DNA from: Octopus bimaculoides
Lineage: Eukaryota
Length of the DNA: 64,000 nucleotides
NCBI RefSeq assembly: GCF_001194135.2
Contig: NC_068991.1
Span: forward strand, 22,502,723 to 22,566,722
Direction: 5' to 3'
The stretch's first letter is position 1. Each line of letters opens with the position of its first letter. Of this stretch, positions 41,144 to 53,080 are shown piece by piece. Both the position numbers and the translations under genes were made by a program. Below the pieces are notes generated by a model, which did not search any database, was not told the origin of the DNA, and worked only from the letters and a program-made list of their open reading frames with translations.

Positions 41144-41557
41144 CAATTTATATATGCTTGTATGTTGCTCCTGCAAAGCAAATTAAAATAAAATTTGGGA
41201 TTTGTGGTGGGTCAAAGTTGGTAACAAAAACAGGACAGTGAAGCCATAACAAGGTGAAGTGGTGAATGCTGGAGAAACAAGCTTTGACAGGAGACAGGCA
41301 AAAATGCGTGCTATCCCTGTAGCTGAATGAGAAGAAAGAAAGAAATTCGAGATGGACGCTGGTCACGTGTGAGCATTGAGAGAGTCAAAGAGGAAGAGTG
41401 AGAGAGAAAAAGGGACAGATAGAAAACAGTGAAGGGGGAGGGGAAGAATTAGAGAAAGGACGAGAGAGAAAAAAGGGAGATACAAGGAATATAGAAAGAG
41501 GAAGAGACAGAGAGAGAAAAAGAGATAGTGATATGTATGTATGTATATATGTATTTA

Positions 41558-41606
<49 letters not shown>

Positions 41607-41626
41607 ATATGTGTGTNNNNNNNNNN

Positions 41627-41676
<50 letters not shown>

Positions 41677-42384
41677 ATATGTGTGTATGTATGTATGTAT
41701 ATATATGTATGCTTATTGTATTTACACACACAAACACTTTAATGGTGTGATAAGTAGAGGATTCAGGGAAATTTCTTGGTGGGATGGAAAGAAAAAAGGG
41801 AAAATATTTAAGAATACGAAACTATAAAACTAGTGTTGACCAAAAGTTAGCCAAGAAAAAGTCTACTAGTGAAAGATTAAATTTTATCTGTGGATGAAAG
41901 GGGCTTGTGGGATCTGTGTCTAGTGTCACAGTATAAATTTTCTCTCATGTATATAGGGGTTAATAATCTCCATTTTGGCATTAAAATATAAATCTGATTT
42001 TTATAAGTTCCCAGAAATTATGCACTTTTCTGCTATGCAGAGATTGCATCTCTTGATAGGATTCATTTATTGTTTGGATTGTTTGGCAATCTTCCATGTG
42101 ACGTCAAACAGTCTCCCATTTTCTTTTCTTTGCCAGATGTAGCTTGTGAACTTTGTGGTATTCTGTATATAAATAATTGAAGTAGAAGGAGCCTGTGGAA
42201 AAGAAACCTGTAGGAAGAATTGCTAAAATCTGTCCTTGGGAGCCTGAATGTCATGAAGAAAGTGGCAATAAACTGGAAGAGTATCAAGATATAGTACTGG
42301 ACCAGACTTTATCAGTCGGTGCTGGCATTATTGCATGGATGTAAAATGATAATAATGCTAGGTGGGTGGGATGTATAAATGTAC

Positions 42385-42630
42385 ATTACTGGCACTCTAT
42401 CAGTTATGACGATGAGGGTTGCAGTTGATCTGATCTATGGAACAGCTTGCTTGTGAATTTAATGTGCAAGTGGCTGAGTACTCCACAGACACACGTACCT
42501 TCAACGCAGTTCTCAGGGAGATTCAGTGTTACACAGAATGTGACAAGGCTGGCCCTTGAAATACAGGCATTAGTCATTTTTGCTACCTGAATGGACTGAA
42601 GCAACATGAAATAACGTGCTGCCAGATATC
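42385..42630 (-). mobile_element. CORE-like SINE, family B (5' part decayed)
   Basis: Reverse complement of the 58131-58423 element (gaatctccctgagaact..gtgtctgtggagtactcagccacttgcac..caactg.aaccctcatc). Confidence 0.8.
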
Positions 42631-43826
42631 AAACTCACAACCAAAAACCCTAACTATTAAACCATGCACCTTCACTCTCTCTCTCTCTCTCTCTCTCTTA
42701 TTGCTCCCACATCTGCAACAGTGTTGCTGTACACACAAGCAGCCTAGATGCATCCAGAGAAAGGTCTCCTTGGCTAATTAGCATAAAATCTCTCACCGAC
42801 ATGCTCCAGTCTGTGGTTTGCAATAATGCTTTCTCCTCTCTCTGCCTGTATATTAGCCTTTGTTCATTGGGGCTGTCTGGTCTTGTTCCGCCTCCATTCT
42901 GGAATTCTCAACTCACCCATCTATGTCTTATGTGTTGAACTTTCTCTTTACTTATGTCTTACTTCCAGGTATTAATTTGAAATAGTGTATGCAATATATT
43001 AGTATCAATCTCGCTCATCTCAAAGGGCCTGCAAAGGTCATGAGTACTGCCCTTTCATACAGATTCCACAAAAAAATATATGCAGGTTTGTGTCAAGCAG
43101 GTAACCATCAGCCTTATGCCCATCCAAGAGATATTTTTTAACCTAGTATATTACTTGCTATTATTTACAGCAGTATCCACATCGAGATTCACTATTAAAA
43201 GGATATATTTAATATTTTCATGACTCTTATATATGTCTATAATGTGTGTGTGTGTGTAAGTTTGTATTGTGTTCATTTTTAAGGATGTTTTAGACTAGCT
43301 TTGTGTGGTGGTTCTTAGCCTGGAAAAATCTTTTGAAAGCTCTGTACAATTCTTCAAACACTAAAGTTCCAAAATGTGATGTTTTATACTTATTTATTTA
43401 CTTGTTGTTGTGCGCATAGTATTACATGAAGGATGAAACGGATTTGAAAGCAAGTTTATATTACATAAAAAACTTATATGAAGAAAGTGAACTGAAGTTT
43501 TGTGTGCATGCATGTGTATGAGGTAAACTAATTGGACTATTAAATCAATACTAAAGCTCCATGAAGCTTTTCCAAGTTTGATATTTTTGATACTAAGTGA
43601 ACATGAAATGGTGGCCTTATGAAGATTACAGACAGATATATCTGTTAAAATACTTTATTGATTTTATGTTGTGTGTGTGTATTATTATAGCTTTATACCT
43701 ACTTTTTCATGGTGGCATTGATTGGGCAGGACTTTTTGAGGTGGTTTTACAGACAGGTGCCCTTCCAGTTGCCAGCCTTTTTTTTCTAACTTCTTACACC
43801 AATTCTAAAATTGTAAACACTGTTCA

Positions 43827-43966
43827 CATGTATGTATGTATGTATGTATGTATGTATGTATGTATGTATGTATGTATGTATGTATGTATGTATGTATGTA
43901 TGTATGTATGTATGTATGTATGTATGTATGTATGTATGTATGTATGTATGTATGTATGTATGTATG
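43827..43966. repeat. (ATGT)n tetranucleotide microsatellite
   Basis: Directly visible. Confidence 0.98.
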
Positions 43967-45153
43967 TCTTATTGACGCTTGTGTAGCTGTGTGTGTTGGC
44001 ATGTGTATGAGTGTGTAATTTTCCCCATTTTCAGGGGATGTGGGACTTAAAAACACTCTTTATTTTCCTTTAATCCATATTCAGTTGAAGATCTGATCCT
44101 ATAGCAATCTAATTCCTTCAGCAACTCTCACCTTTTCAAAGAAAGATGCTGCTTCATACTTACACTTATTAACATTAGCACCATCATTTGTCCATCTTAG
44201 TCCATTGAATGACATCCAGTTAGATATCAAAGATCTGCAGGACTGTATCACCTAAACACTGTTTTTTTAAAATTTCTTAGCAGAGAAAAGGGCAGTGTCC
44301 ATGACTCTTTCTAAGGTATCCAATACAGGTAGAAAGCAAGTTGATGATATTCTCAGACCAGAGAGTTTCTCTGATTGCTTGAAATTGAATTCCACTAAAA
44401 GCATCCAAGGAACAGAGGGTAATGTTAAACCAACTGATAGATTAAGTTTACACCAGCCACATAGGTGATGGTAGGATTTGAATTCAGTCCCTAAATAATC
44501 CAATGCTCTAATGGTTTTCCCTATTGCCTGTTTCTTGTTAACAGCACTGCCCTAGTGGCAGATTAGTAAACTAATGACAGCATATTCAAAATGTGCCAAA
44601 CCATGGAGTACCAGATTTAAGAGGTGCAAAATGTTATTATAGTATAATGTAGAAGTAAATATAACAATATGTAAAGTAGTATTCTGTATATCTTACTTAA
44701 CATGGATATAGTTTAGAAAGCTACAAAACTGTGGTATTCATTTTGAGGAAGCATCTTGTATAGTACTAAAAAGCACAAAATCATATTAGTAGCTACTGAT
44801 ATGCTTCTGTGGTTATTAGCACTATATGAAATTCTTTTTTGGGATGAATACCACTACTTTGTGGCTTTCTATATTATATCCATGTCAAGATATATAGAGT
44901 TATATTTTGAATTAATACTGCTTCCATTGCTAATAATAAAATATGTGTGTTTTTAATGTGTAGAATGACCCTACTATGTTGCACGTGTGTGTTTTTGTGA
45001 AATACATTTAGAGGCATTCCCACATCTAAGGCAACATTTAATTTTTTTTAATCTTCAAATTTCTGCCAATGTGATGGGGGGAAAAAAGAATAAACATCAT
45101 ACCTCTGCACAAAAGTATATTAAGTACATATAAAACCAAAAACATACATGCTG

Positions 45154-45179
<26 letters not shown>

Positions 45180-45184
<5 letters not shown>

Positions 45185-45560
45185 AATCTCTGAATGAGAT
45201 ATAAACAGTAGCTGTACGACAATGTGAAGTATATTTGCCACTTAAATGCTGCTAACCACTAGGGGTGAATACTACTGTAGCTTGTAGCCCCAGGAGAACA
45301 TCTCCTCCAGCTGGCTATTGACACACTTTCTGTGCCCTATCAGTATTTGCAAAGGGAAGTCATCCTTCTCATCGTCGACCTGACGTGATATGCACGGACC
45401 CGGGTTTCTGGGTATTTACCCTTCATCAGCGCACGACTGTCACCGATCTTCGATGCAAAGGGGTCCCAATGCAAATACATATATCCTTTTTCCAGTGACG
45501 AAAATTCACTGATCTCGAAAAAGTGTAAACAAGCAATAATAAATCTCTGAACGAGATATA
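45180..45560 (-). mobile_element. retrozyme/Penelope-terminal-like element: 357-nt unit with 24-bp terminal direct repeat and a hammerhead fold
   Basis: taataaatctctgaa(t/c)gagatata at 45180-45203 and 45537-45560, CpG-rich interior, hammerhead at 45392-45434, (TA)n at its 3' end. Confidence 0.65.
45392..45434 (-). ncRNA. minimal type I hammerhead ribozyme fold
   Basis: - strand: GUGCG-CUGAUGA-A-GGGU-AAAU-ACCC-A-GAAA-CCCGGG-UC-CGUGC. Palindromic helix III ACCCGGGU, GUC triplet, helix I 5 bp with two G.U pairs. Confidence 0.7.
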
Positions 45561-47348
45561 TTTTTATATATGTCTGTATGTGTGTGTGTGAATATACATA
45601 AGTGTGGCTATGTGGTAAGAAGTTTGCTTCCCAACCACATGATTCAGTCTCATCGCATGGCACCTTGGGCAAGTGTATTCAATATATAACCTCAGGCTGA
45701 CCAAAGACTTGTGAGCAGATTTAGTGAAAGAAAATTGAAAAAAACTCGTAAACTCCTATGTGTGTGTGTTAGTGTCTCCTTGTCTTAAAATTGTGTGGTA
45801 ATTGTAAATGAGTATCACTGTCATGCAAGCAGTGTCATTAATTCTCAATATTCTGTGAGAACACATCTGGCCATAGGGAAATTATCACCTTGCTTGGAAC
45901 CAGTTACAGGTTGGTGACAGGAAGGGCATGCAGCCATAGAAAATCTGCCTCAGTATAACTCATGCAGGCTTGAAAAAGTGGATGTTAAACAACAATGATT
46001 GCGCATGCACACACACACAAGCATGTCTACTCAGAAAATGTGTAACCAAGTCTCTGTTTTTCTTGCTAAACTTTTGACGCTCACTTTTTCTTAGAGTAAC
46101 CACTAAACAACCTCTTCTGTTCAGATTTCTAGATTCAGTGTCGTCTCTTGTCTGTAGTTTCATATACTTGAAAATGCTTCATTAATTAATAGTGATAATG
46201 TTGCTTTTAACTTGATTAGCTAATTGTGATGTCTTCTACCATATGAAGATAGGTCCTATTCAATGGAAATTCTCCATTGTTAAGAATTTTCTCCAGACAT
46301 AGACATTTTAGTGTTATTATAGTTGTTGTTCTTGTTAGTGTTTGGACTGTCTTCACATGTCTTATTGCTGCTTATATTGCTGTGTGTGTGTCATGTATAT
46401 GTGTGAGTATATATGTGAGTATATGTGTGAGTATAATGTATTTATTTGTGTATATGTATAAATACAGTATAAATATTTGCACATTTGGCATGTGTGTTAT
46501 ATTTGTGTGTCTGTGTGTGTGGAAGTATATATACATACTCATATGCATATACAGACACATGTATGTGCACATGCACACACAGGCACACGGAAACAAGCTT
46601 GGCTAAGTGTTGAAGAAGTTCACGTTGCAATCAATCACATAGCCCTAGATTTGAACCCCTTATATTGATATATGGGGCAAGGCTTTTGTTTTTTTTTACC
46701 ACGGCATCTGATCAGTCTGGGCTTTGAGAATGAACTTGAGTAGAGGGGGTAATTGAAAGCCTAACAGAACAATCGTACCTGTGATTCAAAGGACCAGTCT
46801 TGTTACACTCAGTATTGCCCCGATTCTGCCTGAGAATTCCATTCTGGATATGTCTTGTGTCTATGGAGTACTCAACCATTAACAGTATCATTTATTGGGT
46901 AGGTAGTTTAGTGGACTGAGTTCTTGAAATACCCATCATTGAAACTGACAGGTATCCAATTAATTTACACACTCATGTACATGTGCCTTTATATGCATAT
47001 ATGTTTGTATGTGTCTGCATATATGTCTTTTATGGTGTGTATGTACATAATGTATCAATATTTGTGTTCTAGTGTATGTGTGTGTCTGTATGTATGCATA
47101 TGTATATAATATATGCATTTGTGTGTGTGTGAAATTATATACTCTCCAGCTTGAGTGATTTTTGCTTCTTGTCTCCTAGATACAGATTTTTGTTTTGTTT
47201 GTTTTTTAATTTTCTTTTAAGAAAGTTTGACTTTTTTTATTATTGTTTCTTGATTGAAAATGTCTTGGAGTTTTTCTCTTTTAGACATTATCTGAAAGTT
47301 GCCTAGTAACAACCTTAGTTCTTTGCATTCTTCTACCTTTTAGTCTTT

Positions 47349-47901
47349 TCATTCTGGCAAATCTCTTTGTCTTCCTTTCTTTCCTTCTTCCTTTTCTTTC
47401 TGTTTCTCTTCCTTTTGTTTCCTTTCTTCTTTTTCTTTCTTTCTCTTCATTTTATGTGTCTTTATCCTTTCTTTCTGTCTTTTTCTTTCTCTCATCCTCT
47501 TCTTTCTATTTCTCTTTCTCTTTCTTTCCATTTTCTTTGTCATTTTTCTATTTCTTTCTTTTCCTTTTTACAATATTTTCTTTCCATTTTACCTTTCATT
47601 CTTTCCATCTTTTACTCTGTTCTTTTTCTTTCCATTTACTTTTACTTCTCTTTTTCTGTTTTGTTCTTTTTTCCTCTCTTCTTCCTTTTCTTTCCGTCGT
47701 TCTTCCTTTTCTTTCCTCTCTTCTTCCTTTTCTTTCCTCTCTTCTTCCTTTTCTTTCCGTCGTTCTTCCTTTTCTTTCCGTCGTTCTTCCTTTTCTTTCC
47801 GTCGTTCTTCCTTTTCTTTCCGTCTTTCTTCCTTTTCTTTCCGTCGTTCTTCCTTTTCTTTCCGTCGTTCTTCCTTTTCTTTCCGTCGTTCTTCCTTTTC
47901 T
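47349..47901. repeat. pyrimidine tract ending in 21-bp minisatellite (ttcttccttttctttccgtcg)n, running into gap 47902-48673
   Basis: Directly visible. Confidence 0.95.
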
Positions 47902-48883
47902 NNNNNNNNNNNNNNNNNNNNNNNNNNNNNNNNNNNNNNNNNNNNNNNNNNNNNNNNNNNNNNNNNNNNNNNNNNNNNNNNNNNNNNNNNNNNNNNNNNN
48001 NNNNNNNNNNNNNNNNNNNNNNNNNNNNNNNNNNNNNNNNNNNNNNNNNNNNNNNNNNNNNNNNNNNNNNNNNNNNNNNNNNNNNNNNNNNNNNNNNNNN
48101 NNNNNNNNNNNNNNNNNNNNNNNNNNNNNNNNNNNNNNNNNNNNNNNNNNNNNNNNNNNNNNNNNNNNNNNNNNNNNNNNNNNNNNNNNNNNNNNNNNNN
48201 NNNNNNNNNNNNNNNNNNNNNNNNNNNNNNNNNNNNNNNNNNNNNNNNNNNNNNNNNNNNNNNNNNNNNNNNNNNNNNNNNNNNNNNNNNNNNNNNNNNN
48301 NNNNNNNNNNNNNNNNNNNNNNNNNNNNNNNNNNNNNNNNNNNNNNNNNNNNNNNNNNNNNNNNNNNNNNNNNNNNNNNNNNNNNNNNNNNNNNNNNNNN
48401 NNNNNNNNNNNNNNNNNNNNNNNNNNNNNNNNNNNNNNNNNNNNNNNNNNNNNNNNNNNNNNNNNNNNNNNNNNNNNNNNNNNNNNNNNNNNNNNNNNNN
48501 NNNNNNNNNNNNNNNNNNNNNNNNNNNNNNNNNNNNNNNNNNNNNNNNNNNNNNNNNNNNNNNNNNNNNNNNNNNNNNNNNNNNNNNNNNNNNNNNNNNN
48601 NNNNNNNNNNNNNNNNNNNNNNNNNNNNNNNNNNNNNNNNNNNNNNNNNNNNNNNNNNNNNNNNNNNNNNNNNTTTCCTTTTAGTTTTCTTTGTTTATTT
48701 TTGGTATCCTCTTTTCCCCTTCATTTTAGAAGAATTCTTAAACTATTTCTTTATTGCCCACCTCCTTTTCTTCCACATATATTTTCAATCAGTCCATCTT
48801 TAAACTGAGTCATTTGCAAGCTTCTGATGTATCCTCTCATTATCTCTCTCCTAGTACATCTTGCAAGATTACGTTTGTGTAAT

Positions 48884-48936
<53 letters not shown>

Positions 48937-49160
48937 GTATTTAACTAACAAGAAAACAATGTGTTGTTGCTAAGTGATGTCTGAACTATAATTCTAGTTG
49001 TTCCTTTAACCGCTACTGTAGCAATCACCATTTCTTAGTCTGGCTTTTTTTCTCTAAAGAGAAAGGTGATAGTGGTGAAGGGGTGTTAATGTTGGCAATG
49101 GTACTGGTGGTGGTGGCAGCAATAGTTAGGGCAGGGGGAGCATTGGTCTTGGTATTGTGT

Positions 49161-49620
49161 TCATGGTGGTGATTGCAGTGGTTCTGATAACATTGGTCTT
49201 GAAATTAATGGTTGTGGATTAAACTGTCCCAGTCAATCCTATTCAAATATGGGCCCATCTGGCCTTCATTACTTTTACCTGACACCTAAGAGTTGGGTTC
49301 AGTTTTCAATACTTTTCCTTGTGTATATAGATTACCACTACACTGTTGTTTCCAATCATGTGCATGCATTTTTTATCCAAACTAGTCATGAGTCATGAGG
49401 GGAACTTTTATGCTTTTACTCAGCTTGCTAGCAACAGCAACCAAATTCCCAGAAATCAGATTCTACTCTTAAGAGTGAAAGCACACATCATATTTTCTAG
49501 ATGTATGAAAAGATGGATGACCCAGATAGAATGTTTTTGATATTGATATACTCAAACAGGACTTTCTCAATGTTAATTTCAAGACCAATGTTATCAGAAC
49601 CACTGCAATCACCACCATGA
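49161..49620. repeat. perfect 48-bp inverted repeat (49161-49208 / 49573-49620), 364-bp spacer
   Basis: tcatggtggtgattgcagtggttctgataacattggtcttgaaattaa and its exact reverse complement. Confidence 0.9.
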
Positions 49621-50352
49621 TTTTCACTCAGTTTTTAAAAATTAGTCTTCATCTTTATGATCTCTTTGCAGCCTGTTGATGCTGCAAAGTACACTGTATC
49701 CTGATCATATAATTGATTCTTAAGACTTGTTGTCGAGATGTCAGAGTTACAATATACTAGAAGATTCAACTCATTGCTGAGGGTGCTACAATTATCAGGT
49801 GCTGAGGGTACTAGAATTCATCAGAGTACATAATGTTTTAAAAGGGCAAGTGGTGTTGTTGAGGCTGCTAATCCTGATGAAGGAAAGCTATGATCAAGAG
49901 TGTTTCAGCCATGACCATAACATATCACCACCCCCTACCCTAGGTACCATGTGTCTAGGACTACATTACCAGATGTGCTATTCTAGAATGGGTTGTGATT
50001 CAAGGGAGATCTTGTTGCTATTACTAGTTGGTTTGCCATTACTAGTAGGTTGAGTAACCAACTAGTAATAGCAGAAGTTTAACGTATAACAGACATGTAA
50101 AAGTTTTCTTGTTGGCTAGCCAGGTTGTTACGGCTGCTTGTAGGGTTGTTTCTAAAGCTCTGTTTGTTGTCTTGGTTCATAAGTTTGCATCAGTCATGAA
50201 ATCCCAGGTTCAATTCCAGTGCATTGTTCCTTGAGGAAGTGTCTTCTATTGTAGCCTTGGTTTAACCTGAGCCTTGAGCCTGTCAAGAGGACTTGTATCT
50301 CTAATGTAGTAAATAATATATAATATAATTATAGACTGTATCAGTAATTTAA

Positions 50353-50855
50353 CCCTTTAGGATTCTGTCAAATGTAAGAGTAAAAGGTTAAAACCCCTTC
50401 GGTCACGAATGACCATGGGATTACAGCTAGAAAGTTCCCCTCCAAGGCACCCATCCAGGCAAGGTTGTTTATGGAAAGCCAGCAGTTGCCCATGCATACC
50501 AGCCTCTCCTCTCCACACCACTTATGTTATCCAAGGGAAAGGCAAAGGCTAATACAGCTTGACACCAATGACGTAACTCATTTCTACAGCTGAGTGAACT
50601 GGAGCAACATGAAATAAAGTGTCTTGCTCAAGAACACAACACACAGCCTGGTCTGGGAATCGAACTCACAACCTCATGATTGTGAATCTGATACACTAAT
50701 TGCTGAACTACATGCTTTCACTCTGTTAAATGTAATGCTTATTTATTCACATTGTTAAGAATGATGTGCTTGTTTAGTTTTAGAATGACAATGTAGAGTG
50801 GGTGTTAGAGGCTGGATCAAAATAAACAGGTACAATAAATGTAAATGCTAAAGGG
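50353..50855. mobile_element. piggyBac-type MITE (TTAA|CCCTTTAG...CTAAAGGG|TTAA) interrupted by a SINE
   Basis: TTAA at 50349-50352 and 50856-50859 flank inverted termini ccctttag/ctaaaggg. Confidence 0.8.
50378..50721 (-). mobile_element. tRNA-headed CORE-like SINE, family C, with 14-bp TSD
   Basis: TSD tctgt(c/t)aaatgtaa at 50364-50377 and 50722-50735. B-box-like gagttcgattccc on the - strand. Homologous to 58614-58909. Confidence 0.85.
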
Positions 50856-51074
50856 TTAAGGTACAACTTGGACTTTTAGTGAGTCTTGTTAAGTCTACCA
50901 AAGGATTATGTTAAGGCTGAAAATATGAGGAATACTGAGCCACTTAGATTATAATTCAAAGAGAAGTAGTTCTGATGATCAAATAACTGAAATATCATTA
51001 AAATTAATAGAGAATGTGTTATTTCATTCAGTTATCTAGATGTACGTACTACAAAGTATAAATAGACGTACACA

Positions 51075-51434
51075 ATCATAGTTGTGGCCAATGCCAGCGC
51101 CACCTGATTGGCACTTGTGCCGGTGGCATGTAAAGAGCACCATTCGAGCATGGCTGATGTCATTACCACCTGACTGGCACCCGTGCAGGTGGCACATAAA
51201 AAGCACCATTTGAGCATGGTTGATGCCAGTGCCACCTAACTGGCCCCCATGCTGGTAGCACGTAAAAAGCACCCACTACACTCTCGGAGTTGTTGGCGCT
51301 AGGAAGGGCATCCAGCTGTAGAAATCTTGCCAGATCAGATTGGAGCCTGGTGCAGCCTCCTGGCTTGCTACTCCTCAGTCAAACCGTCCAACCTATGCCA
51401 GCATGGAAAGTGGACATTAAACGATGATGATGAT
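51075..51434 (+). mobile_element. RTE-clade LINE 3' UTR fragment
   Basis: ggtggcacataaaaagcacc tandem units, then cacccactacactctcggagt..ccatgccagcatggaaagtggacattaaacgatgatgatg. Confidence 0.85.
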
Positions 51435-52321
51435 ATACAAATTTGTACTGAAGGGAAATCAGCTATTTCAAGTTTTCCCTTCACTGAAAATGAAGAAAAA
51501 CATTTTTTTAGCCGACATAGGTGAGGTTTTTGTCATTCAAAAACAATAAACAAGAATTTTATTCATTATTTATTTATTTGATTTCTGTCAGTTAAAGGGA
51601 TAACTCCAGAACATTAGTTTTCTCTTCCCGCAGCATACAAACTTATCCAAATTCACTACTAATGTTGCATTGGTTTCTACAAGTTGCCTTGAATTTTAAT
51701 TTTATACATACACAATTGATCAAGCATAGGTGTGTGGTTAAGAAGCATGCTTCCCAACCACATAGTTTGGAGTTCAGTCCTGTTGCACAGCACCTTGTGG
51801 ACAAGTATCTTGTATTATAACCCCCAGGCCAATCAAGGCCTTGTAAATGGATTTGGTAGATGGAAACTGAAAGAAGCCTCCCTGTGTGTTTCCCTGTTTT
51901 GACATTGCCCAATAGTTGTAAATAAGTGTCACTATTGTCCAAATGTTATCACTCATTTCCACTCTTCTACGAAAAATGTCAGGTCATAGGGAAAACATTA
52001 CTTTGTTTTGGAAGCAGGTAAATGTTGGCAGCAGGAAAGGCATCCTGCTATGCAAAATCTGCTTCAATGAATTCCATGTGAACCATGCAAGTATGGAAAA
52101 GTGAAAGTTAAAATGATGCTGATGACACACATAAATATCTGTGTAAAACAGCATGTTAAAAAATAGCCTAACATAAGTTGAAAGAAGTTCAACTACAATT
52201 TTTAAAGGTCACAGTGGAACTTGAAAAACAGATGTGAATACATCCTGTTATTCTCTTTGTTGAGAGAAAAATGGTGAAGATTGTCCTGACATGTTTCACC
52301 CTTTGTCAGAAAACTAAATCT

Positions 52322-53080
52322 CTCTCTCACTCTGTCTCCCTCCCACCACCACTTCCTTCTCCCTCCACTTCCCTCTCTCTCCATTTCCCTCTCTCTCTCA
52401 ACTTCCCTCTCTCTCTCAACTTCCCTCTCTCTCAACTTCCCTCTCTCTCAACTTCCCTCTCTCTCCACTTCCCTCTCACCCCACTTCCCTCTCTCCACTT
52501 CCCTCTCTCTCTCCATTTCCCTCTCTCTCTCCATNNNNNNNNNNNNNNNNNNNNNNNNNNNNNNNNNNNNNNNNNNNNNNNNNNNNNNNNNNNNNNNNNN
52601 NNNNNNNNNNNNNNNNNNNNNNNNNNNNNNNNNNNNNNNNNNNNNNNNNNNNNNNNNNNNNNNNNNNNNNNNNNNNNNNNNNNNNNNNNNNNNNNNNNNN
52701 NNNNNNNNNNNNNNNNNNNNNNNNNNNNNNNNNNNNNNNNNNNNNNNNNNNNNNNNNNNNNNNNNNNNNNNNNNNNNNNNNNNNNNNNNNNNNNNNNNNN
52801 NNNNNNNNNNNNNNNNNNNNNNNNNNNNNNNNNNNNNNNNNNNNNNNNNNNNNNNNNNNNNNNNNNNNNNNNNNNNNNNNNNNNNNNNNNNNNNNNNNNN
52901 NNNNNNNNNNNNNNNNNNNNNNNNNNNNNNNNNNNNNNNNNNNNNNNNNNNNNNNNNNNNNNNNNNNNNNNNNNNNNNNNCTCCACTTCCCTCTCTCTCT
53001 CTCCACTTCCCTCTCTCTCTCTCCACTTCCCTCTCTCTCTCTCCACTTCCCTCTCTCTCTCTCCACTTCCCTCTCTCTCA
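52322..53080. repeat. (ccacttccctctctctctct)-type minisatellite spanning gap 52535-52980
   Basis: Directly visible. Confidence 0.95.

Noticed and set aside
44160-44503. Minus-strand ORF and strong GTAAGT donor as a nested exon (similar cases at 3852-4160 and 36540-36731)
   Set aside because: Poor acceptors, unrecognisable peptides and no consistent phase chain.
49874-49890. Other CTGATGA hits (49874; also 36768, 41074 and - strand ~61270) as hammerheads
   Set aside because: No helix II followed by GAAA and UH could be formed.
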